Assembly: GCA_963716255.1 (NCBI GenBank)
Contig: OY970303.1
Coordinates: forward strand, 864,001-928,000
Source of the DNA: an uncultured Gemmatimonadales bacterium
GTDB taxonomy: Bacteria > Gemmatimonadota > Gemmatimonadetes > Longimicrobiales > Longimicrobiaceae
DNA length: 64,000 nucleotides
Direction: 5' to 3'
Shown here: positions 57,497 through 64,000 of the stretch, one piece after another
How positions within the stretch are numbered: position 1 is the stretch's first letter
How the letters are laid out: each line of letters begins with the position of its first letter
Position numbers and translations under genes: made by a program
Notes under the pieces: generated by a model
What the model saw: only the letters and a program-made list of their open reading frames with translations
What the model was told of the DNA's origin: nothing
Database searches by the model: none

Positions 57497-57564
57497 CGTT
57501 GTTCCGCAGTTCTCCCCCTCTCCCGCTTGCGGGGGAGGGGGCCGGGGGGAGGGGGCCAGCAGCT

Positions 57565-57700
57565 GCGTGAGGGATTTCGGCCCGAAGGGGCGAGACCGCG
57601 CGGGTAGTTTCGCGCGGTCTCGACTCCGTTGGGCTGCGTTGTTTGCAGCCCTACGGAGCCGAAGCCCGACCCCGGCGCCAGCCGGGGGCACGCCCGAACC
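57565..57700. repeat. Family A repeat, copy 7
   Basis: Same architecture; stem variant GGGCTGC/GCAGCCC. Confidence 0.9.
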
Positions 57701-57736
57701 CGCCGTTCGTACGTCCGGCCGGAGATCCGAAGCCAG

Positions 57737-58267
57737 CTACATCGCGTGCCCCGGAATCGCCCCGCACACCACCGGCGGCCCGATGTTCTCGCCCGCGGCC
57801 TGGTGGTAGGCGACGATGTGCTTCCCGTTCATGGCGATGGAGGTGGGGATTGCGACCGTGGAGGTCGCCGTGCCCGCGCCGCCCGCGTCGGCGGTGATGT
57901 CCTGGAGCGGGGCGACCGGTGCGCCCGGAGCGTCGCAGGTCCCCTGGTGCACGTGGCCGGAGTGGGCGCTGTTGGGCTGGAAGCCCGCGAGGCGCACGGC
58001 GACCTGCGTCTGGCCGGCGGCCTCGGTGAGGATGGCCTCGCCCGAGACGCCGGAGCCGGCGACGGCGGCCATGGGCACCATCTGCGGGGCCATGGCGGCG
58101 TGGGCCGTGTCCGTCGCGACGGGGGCCGGCACGGCCGCGGCGGCGGCGGCGGAGTCCGCGGCGGCGCCGTCGGTGGGATCGTCCTCTTCGGCCTCGGTGT
58201 CGTTCATCCCGCAGGCGGCGAGCGCGAGCGGCAGGCCGAGGAGCAGCCAGTACCTGGACAGCTTCAT
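57737..58267 (-). CDS. Lipoprotein with Cu/Zn-SOD-like or CHRD-like domain, paralog 1
   Basis: Lipobox LAAC; HSGHVHQGTC, HIVAYH, VVCGAI. Confidence 0.7.
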   Translation of the reverse strand: MKLSRYWLLLGLPLALAACGMNDTEAEEDDPTDGAAADSAAAAAAVPAPVATDTAHAAMAPQMVPMAAVAGSGVSGEAILTEAAGQTQVAVRLAGFQPNSAHSGHVHQGTCDAPGAPVAPLQDITADAGGAGTATSTVAIPTSIAMNGKHIVAYHQAAGENIGPPVVCGAIPGHAM

Positions 58268-58393
58268 GATTCCTCCCATTCCACGTGGACGGTACGGGCC
58301 GGCGTTGCCGGCCGGGGCGCCGCAATCTACGCCGCGGCCCCCGGGTGAGCACCCCCGTGCGGGAAGGCGCGCCCGCGCCGGCGCCTCCGTGGC

Positions 58394-58433
58394 AAAAAAG
58401 ACGCCCCGGACGCAGGTGCGTCCGGGGCGTCCT
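58394..58433 (-). terminator. Terminator between the two paralogous lipoprotein genes
   Basis: GACGCCCCGGACGCA/TGCGTCCGGGGCGTC with an A6 tract (U tract on the minus strand). Confidence 0.7.
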
Positions 58434-58451
58434 TGATCCGCGGTCCGAAGA

Positions 58452-58979
58452 CTACATCGAGTGCTGCGGGATCGCGCCGCAGACGACGGGGCTCCCCGGG
58501 TTCCCGCCGGCTTCGTGGTAGGCGATGACGTGCTGCCCGTTCATGGCCGTCGCGATGGGGACCGGAACGGTCGCGGTCATGGTCCCGCCGCCGCTACCGT
58601 CCGCGGTGATGGGCTGGAGCGGAGCCACCACGGCGCCGGGGGGGTCGCAGGTGCCCTGGTGGATGTGGCCCTGGTGCGTGCCCGTGCCGGTGGTGCCGGT
58701 GAGCGTCACCATCACCTGCGTCTGCCCGCTCATGTCCGTCAGCACGGCCTGCCCGCCCACCCCGGAGCCTCCGACGGCGCTCAGCTGCACCGTGTCGCCG
58801 CCGGCCATCGCGGTGGCCCCGGTGTCCATCGGCGCCGCCGGCGGCATCGTGGACATGGCGCCGGTGTCGGCGGTCTCCGTCACGGCTCCCACGTCCGTTT
58901 CAGCCTCGGTGTCGTTCCCGCCGCACGCCGCGAGCGCGAACGGCAGCGCGGCCAGCAGCCACAGCCTGGTGGTCTTCAT
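58452..58979 (-). CDS. Lipoprotein with Cu/Zn-SOD-like or CHRD-like domain, paralog 2
   Basis: Lipobox LAAC; HQGHIHQGTC, HVIAYH, VVCGAI; GGAGG RBS. Confidence 0.72.
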   Translation of the reverse strand: MKTTRLWLLAALPFALAACGGNDTEAETDVGAVTETADTGAMSTMPPAAPMDTGATAMAGGDTVQLSAVGGSGVGGQAVLTDMSGQTQVMVTLTGTTGTGTHQGHIHQGTCDPPGAVVAPLQPITADGSGGGTMTATVPVPIATAMNGQHVIAYHEAGGNPGSPVVCGAIPQHSM

Positions 58980-59096
58980 GGTGCCTCCCTGTCGAGTGAA
59001 GGATGGGCGGGCGCCTACGGCCGTCCGCCTTCCTGCGGCTCACGGGCCGCTGGGCCGCACCTCTGTTCAAGGTTCGTTCCACCATCCGCCGATGCG

Positions 59097-59804
59097 TCAG
59101 CTCCGGCCGTAGACGGGAACTGCGGCGCCGTTGACGGTGCGCGCGGCGTCGGAGGCCAGGAAGTGGATCACGCGGGCGATCTCCTCGGGCGCCGTCCAGG
59201 CGGAGTGGTCGGCGTCGGGCATGGCGCGGCGGTTGTCCTCGGTGTCCACGGTGCCGGGGAGCACGGCGTTGGCGCGGATGCCGTCGGTGCGGTACTCCTC
59301 GGCGAGCGCCTCCGCCAGCGTCACCAGCGCCGACTTGGCGACGGCGTAGGCGGCGCTGCCGGCGCGCCCCTCCCGCGCGGCGCGCGAGGACACGAACACC
59401 AGCGACCCGCCCCCGCCGCGCACCAGGGCGGGGATGGCGGCGCGCGCCACCAGCCAGGCGGACTTGAGGTTGAGGTCCATCATGCGGTCCCACACGTCGG
59501 TGGGGGTGTCGGCCAGCTTCATCCCGCCACGCCAGCCGCCCACCAGGTGGGCCACGGTGTCCAGCCGGCCGCCCCACTCCACCACCTGCTCCACGGCGGA
59601 GTTGGCGCCGCGCTCGGTGGTGAGGTCCAGGGCGAAGGGGAGGAGCCGGCCGCCGAACTCGCCCTTGAGCGCGTCCAGGGCGCCGGGGTGGTCCGTCTTG
59701 TGGACGGGGACCGCCACCCGCGCGCCGCCTTCCAGGAAGGCGCGGGTCACGGCACGCCCCAGGTTGCCGGCGCCGCCGGTGATCAGGGCCACGGAATCCG
59801 CCAT
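59097..59804 (-). CDS. SDR family oxidoreductase
   Basis: TGGAGNLG, YAVAK, NAVLPG. Confidence 0.9.
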   Translation of the reverse strand: MADSVALITGGAGNLGRAVTRAFLEGGARVAVPVHKTDHPGALDALKGEFGGRLLPFALDLTTERGANSAVEQVVEWGGRLDTVAHLVGGWRGGMKLADTPTDVWDRMMDLNLKSAWLVARAAIPALVRGGGGSLVFVSSRAAREGRAGSAAYAVAKSALVTLAEALAEEYRTDGIRANAVLPGTVDTEDNRRAMPDADHSAWTAPEEIARVIHFLASDAARTVNGAAVPVYGRS

Positions 59805-59876
59805 GCAGAAAGTCCCGGTTGAATGGATGCGGGGCGCCGCCGGGTGGGTCCCGGCCGCGCCGCTGGAAAGGGCCGC

Positions 59877-61379
59877 CTACGGCGCGCGGCCGGTGCCGCG
59901 GGCCAGGTCGCGGAGACGGCGGGCCAGCTCCGGGGTGAGCACGCCCTCGCGGAAGCGCCACGCCCAGTTGCCCGCGCCGGTGCCGGGGGTGTTCATCCGC
60001 CCCTCGCTCCCCAGCCCGAGCGCGTCCTGCAGCGGGACGACGGCAATTTTCGCGCGCGACTCCATCACCAGGCGGATCATCCCCCAGCCGGGCTCCTCGC
60101 CGGGGGCGAGCAGGGCGCCCAGGCGGGCGCGCTCCTCCTCCCCCGCGCCGCGGTGCCACCCCAGCGAGGTGTCGTTGTCGTGCGTGCCGGTGTACGCCAC
60201 CGAGCCGGCCGGGTAGTTGGCGGGAAGGTGCGGGCCGTGCGGGTCGTCGCCGCCGAAGGCGAACTGCAGCACGCGCATCCCCGGCAGCCCCAGCCCGTCG
60301 CGCAGCGCCTCCACCTGGGGGGTGATGTCGCCCAGGTCCTCGGCCACCAGCGGCAGATCGCCCAGCTCGCGGCGCACGGCCGCGAACAGCGCCTCGCCCG
60401 GTCCCGGGCGCCACTCGCCGTCCACGGCGCTTGCCGCGGCGGCGGGGATCTCCCAGTACGCCTGGAAGCCGCGGAAGTGGTCCACCCGCACCACGTCCAC
60501 CAGCTCCAGGACGCGGCGGAACCTCGCGGTCCACCAGCGGAAGCCGTCCGCGCGCATCACCTCCCAGCGATACAGCGGGTTTCCCCAGCGCTGGCCCGTG
60601 GCGCTGAAGTAGTCGGGCGGCACCCCGGAGACCCCCGTGGCGCGCCCGCCGGAGTCCAGCTCGAACAGGTCGGGGTGCGACCACACGTCGGCGCTGTCGT
60701 ACGCCACGAAGATGGGGAGGTCGCCCACGACGCGCACTCCGCGGGCATTTGCGTACTCGCGCAGCGCGCTCCACTGGCGCTGGAAGATCCACTGCCGGAA
60801 CTCGTGGTATTCCACCGCGCCGTCCAGCCGGTGCCGGGCGCGGGCCAGCGCCTCCGGCTCGCGCAGGCGGACGCCCGGCTCCCACTCGCTCCAGGGGGCG
60901 CCGCGGTTCTCGTCGCGCAGCGCGCGGAAGAGCCCGTAGTCCTCCAGCCAGCCGGCGGCGTGCGCGCGGAAGGCGTCGAACTCGCCCCGCAGCTCCAGGG
61001 CGGCCCCGGCGCGGAAGGCCATCCACGCCCGCCTCAGCAGCGCCTCCTTCCAGGCGAAGACGCGGGGAAAGTCCACGCGGTCCGCCGGCAGGTCGCCGCC
61101 GTCCACCTGGTCCGGCTTCAGCAGCCCGTCCGCCACCAGCACCTCTGGGCTCGCCAGCAGCGCATTCCCGGCCATGGCGGAAAGGCCGTTGTACGGCGAG
61201 CCACCCGCGTCCACCGGGCCCAGCGGCAGAATCTGCCAGACCGTCTGCCCGGCTTCCGCCAGCCAGTCCACGAAGCGCCGGGCCGGCTCCCCCAGGTCGC
61301 CGATCCCCCGCCCCGGCAGCGAGGTGGGGTGCAGGAGAACGCCGGAGCAGCGGGGGAAGGCGAACAGCGGGTCAGGCAT
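59877..61379 (-). CDS. malQ: 4-alpha-glucanotransferase
   Basis: GVLLHPTSLP, GVPPDYFS, RVDHFRG, AEDLG, YTGTHDN. Confidence 0.95.
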   Translation of the reverse strand: MPDPLFAFPRCSGVLLHPTSLPGRGIGDLGEPARRFVDWLAEAGQTVWQILPLGPVDAGGSPYNGLSAMAGNALLASPEVLVADGLLKPDQVDGGDLPADRVDFPRVFAWKEALLRRAWMAFRAGAALELRGEFDAFRAHAAGWLEDYGLFRALRDENRGAPWSEWEPGVRLREPEALARARHRLDGAVEYHEFRQWIFQRQWSALREYANARGVRVVGDLPIFVAYDSADVWSHPDLFELDSGGRATGVSGVPPDYFSATGQRWGNPLYRWEVMRADGFRWWTARFRRVLELVDVVRVDHFRGFQAYWEIPAAAASAVDGEWRPGPGEALFAAVRRELGDLPLVAEDLGDITPQVEALRDGLGLPGMRVLQFAFGGDDPHGPHLPANYPAGSVAYTGTHDNDTSLGWHRGAGEEERARLGALLAPGEEPGWGMIRLVMESRAKIAVVPLQDALGLGSEGRMNTPGTGAGNWAWRFREGVLTPELARRLRDLARGTGRAP

Positions 61380-62691
61380 CGGCCGCGGGCACCGCGGGCA
61401 GCACGTACGCCACCTCGGCGCGGTCCAGGCGCACCCGCGGCGGCACCGTCTCGCCCGCCTCGGGGGCGTCGTCGCGGCAGACGCGGAAGAGGCGGTGCCC
61501 CTTCCGCCCCGCGGCGCCGGGGGCGAGGTCGGCCAGGCCCACCTCGCGCGGGCCGTCGCCGTGGTTCACCAGGATCCAGCCGCGCGCGGCGTCCGCCCCC
61601 TCGTCGCCGGCGCGGCGCTCCAGCACCAGCACGTCGTCCGCCAGGCCGCGGGGGGCGCGCAGCACGCCCTCGCCCCGGAGGAGCGGGTGGCGCAGCTTGA
61701 GGCGGTTGACGCGGCCCACGAAGGCGCGCAGGTCCCAGTGGCGGCGTTCCCAGTCCGAGGGCACGGTCGCCACCACGTCGACCTGCCTGCGGAAGCCGAA
61801 CTCGTAGCCCGTGGTCATCATCACCCCGGCCGAGAAGGCGGCGGCAAAGGCGTAGCGCTGCCGCTGCACGGCCTCGTCGCCGCCGGTGTCGGCGGCCAGG
61901 CGGGTGGTGTCGTGCGACTCCGGGAAGGCCACCGACGGGGCGATGCGGCGCAGCTCCTGGTGCTGCTCCAGCGCCCACGGCTCGCGGAAGTCCCACCACT
62001 TGCTGGAGTTGAAGAAATAGTCGAAGCCCGCTTCCTTGAGCCCCACGACCTGCTCCAGCGGCGCCCCCAGCGTCTCGGCAAAGAACTGCGCGTCGGGGCG
62101 CACGCGCCTGGCCTCCTCGATCAGGCGGCGCCAGAGCGCGGTGGGCACCTTGTACGCGGCGTCGCAGCGGAAGCCGTGGAAGCCCAGCTCCAGCGACTCG
62201 CGCACCAGCGACGCCCAGAGGCCCCACAGCCCCTCGCGGCCGGGCGAGTGCTCGTTGTCGATCTCCGCCAGGTCGCCCCAGGTGGTGACCTTGGTGGGGT
62301 CGTCCGGGTCCACCACGAAGGGGCTGCGCACCTCGCCGCGCCGGTCGCGCACGTACCACTCCGGGTGCGCGGCGATCAGCGGCGAGTCCTTGGAGGTGTG
62401 GTTGACCACCAGGTCCATCATGGGGCGCACCCCCAGCGCGGCGATGCGCTCCACCGCGTCGCGCAGCGGCTCCAGGCCGGCGGGGTCGGCGCCGGGAGGG
62501 AGGAAGAGCGGGTTGAGCCGCCCGTACTCCTTGACGGCGTACAGGCTCCCGGAAAAGCCGGGGTAGTGCCAGGGGTTCAGGTACAGCCAGTTGAACCCCA
62601 TCTCCGCGGCGCGGGCGGCGTGCTCCGGCCAGCGGGTGGTGGGGCCCACCAGCCGCGGGAAGAGGTTGTAGACCAGCGGCGGCGGGGTCAT
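61372..62691 (-). CDS. GH13 alpha-amylase family protein
   Basis: DLVVNH, GFRCDAAYK, AE, ESHD. Confidence 0.88.
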   Translation of the reverse strand: MTPPPLVYNLFPRLVGPTTRWPEHAARAAEMGFNWLYLNPWHYPGFSGSLYAVKEYGRLNPLFLPPGADPAGLEPLRDAVERIAALGVRPMMDLVVNHTSKDSPLIAAHPEWYVRDRRGEVRSPFVVDPDDPTKVTTWGDLAEIDNEHSPGREGLWGLWASLVRESLELGFHGFRCDAAYKVPTALWRRLIEEARRVRPDAQFFAETLGAPLEQVVGLKEAGFDYFFNSSKWWDFREPWALEQHQELRRIAPSVAFPESHDTTRLAADTGGDEAVQRQRYAFAAAFSAGVMMTTGYEFGFRRQVDVVATVPSDWERRHWDLRAFVGRVNRLKLRHPLLRGEGVLRAPRGLADDVLVLERRAGDEGADAARGWILVNHGDGPREVGLADLAPGAAGRKGHRLFRVCRDDAPEAGETVPPRVRLDRAEVAYVLPAVPAADA

Positions 62692-64000
62692 CCGGCGTCC
62701 CCGAGAAGGGCGCGGATGCCGCGGATGGGCACCCAGATCCACGCCGGCCGGTTGTTCATCTCGTAGCCCAGCTCGTACACCGCCTTTTCCAGCTCGAAGA
62801 CGGCGAGCACGCGCCGCAGCGCCTCCGGGTCGTCGGGAACGAAGCCGCCGCCCCGCGCGCCCTCGGCATAGCCCTCCAGGAACACGCCGCGCACCATGCG
62901 CAGCCACGAATCCGCCCACCCCTCCAGCGCCGAGCGCACCCGCAGGTCCGCGGCGTCCTGCTCGGCCAGCGCCGTGCGCGCCGCGTAGTCGAAGGAGCGG
63001 AGCATGCCGGCCACGTCGCGCAGCGGCGACTGCTTGGCGCGGCGCTCCGCCAGGGGGCGCGCGGGCTCGCCCTCGAAGTCCATGACGAACCACTCGCTCC
63101 CGGCCGCCTCCGGGTCCGCGGCGCGCAGCACCTGGCCCAGGTGGTAGTCGCCGTGGGTGCGGGTGCGGACGAGCCCCGCCTCGTGGAGCAGGCTCAGGTC
63201 GGCGGCACGGTGGCGCAGCTCCGCGCCCTCGCGGACGATGGCCGCCAGCTCGTTGTGGCTCCCCGCGGGGAAGGCGCCCGGGATGGCCTCCAGGCGCCGC
63301 CCCACCTCGTCCAGCACCCGGGCGGCGTCGCGCTGGAACGCGTCGGTCCACGCGCGCACGTCCTCCGCGGTCACCGGCTCCGGCGCGAAGTCCGCGTTCT
63401 CCGGCCCGGCCGAGGCGAGCGCCGCGTGCAGCTCGCCGGTCACCCGTCCCAGGGCGCGGGCGGCGGCGTGGAAGTCGCCCATCATCCGCCGCGTGGCGTC
63501 CTGCCCCACGGGAGTGGACGGGTCGGCGGCGCTGCGGCCGGCCGCCGCGAAGAAGCGGTCCAGCGCGCGCCGCGTGTACGCCCACGCGTCGCCGGAGTTG
63601 GGGATGAAGCGGAACACCCCCGCCACCGACGCGCCGGCCACCCCCTCGCCGGCGTAGTCCAGCCAGCCGGCCAGCGCCGGGATGCCGCGGAACTCCGTGC
63701 TCTCCACCAGGAAGCGGGTCACCTCCAGGTCGGGGTTGACCCCCGCCTCCAGCTTGCGGAACAGCTTCATGATCAGCCGCTCGCCGAAGACGATGGAGGT
63801 GTTGCTCTGCTCGGCGCTCACCCGCTTCACCGGCGTCAGGCGCCCGTGCTCGTGGTCGGGCACCGCGCCCTGCACGCGGTGCCCGCGGAAGCGGCCGGTG
63901 GCGGAGGGGAGCGCCTCCTCCTCGCGCATGACACGCAGCAGCGCCAGCGCCGTGTAGCGGTCCACCAGCGCCTCGTACAGCCGCACCTCCCCCGTCTCCA
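62688..64000 (-). CDS. Maltokinase (Mak/Pep2, TreS C-terminal-like), 5' end outside the window
   Basis: EQSNTS, HGDYHLGQ, DFEGEP, RDVAGMLRSFDY, LEKAVYE. Confidence 0.88.
   Translation of the reverse strand, partial: ETGEVRLYEALVDRYTALALLRVMREEEALPSATGRFRGHRVQGAVPDHEHGRLTPVKRVSAEQSNTSIVFGERLIMKLFRKLEAGVNPDLEVTRFLVESTEFRGIPALAGWLDYAGEGVAGASVAGVFRFIPNSGDAWAYTRRALDRFFAAAGRSAADPSTPVGQDATRRMMGDFHAAARALGRVTGELHAALASAGPENADFAPEPVTAEDVRAWTDAFQRDAARVLDEVGRRLEAIPGAFPAGSHNELAAIVREGAELRHRAADLSLLHEAGLVRTRTHGDYHLGQVLRAADPEAAGSEWFVMDFEGEPARPLAERRAKQSPLRDVAGMLRSFDYAARTALAEQDAADLRVRSALEGWADSWLRMVRGVFLEGYAEGARGGGFVPDDPEALRRVLAVFELEKAVYELGYEMNNRPAWIWVPIRGIRALLGDAG

Overview
Very GC-rich bacterial chromosome segment. 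The gene content and protein style suggest Gemmatimonadota (Longimicrobium-like); this is an inference, not a database result. Most of it is housekeeping: hemL, yajQ, lolA, ftsK, comB, accC/pilT/accB/efp/aroQ, ppiD, a polyprenyl synthase, hutI, an SF2 helicase, metC, coaE (1-nt frameshift), a fused E1 dehydrogenase and malQ/glucan genes. I saw no rRNA, tRNA, CRISPR array or transposase. Three things stand out. (1) At 52.7-57.5 kb, a lower-GC module bounded by duplicated hairpins encodes an HTH protein, a TPR-like protein and two paralogous small lipoprotein-type precursors, each carrying two copies of a G-x-x-x-G-S-G-[GN] octapeptide. It is a candidate RRNPP/arbitrium-like peptide-signalling system. 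(2) At 45-50.2 kb, two secreted Cys-rich peptides with a defensin-like CxxxC...CxC pattern lie next to a LytS kinase, a degenerate pseudokinase, a LytTR regulator and a CPBP/Abi protease. It is a candidate defensin-like bacteriocin locus. (3) Two families of intergenic structured repeats (7 and 3 copies) share a GAGAC-stem-GGCNGTTT-stem-GGCTC hairpin module with extensive compensatory base changes.
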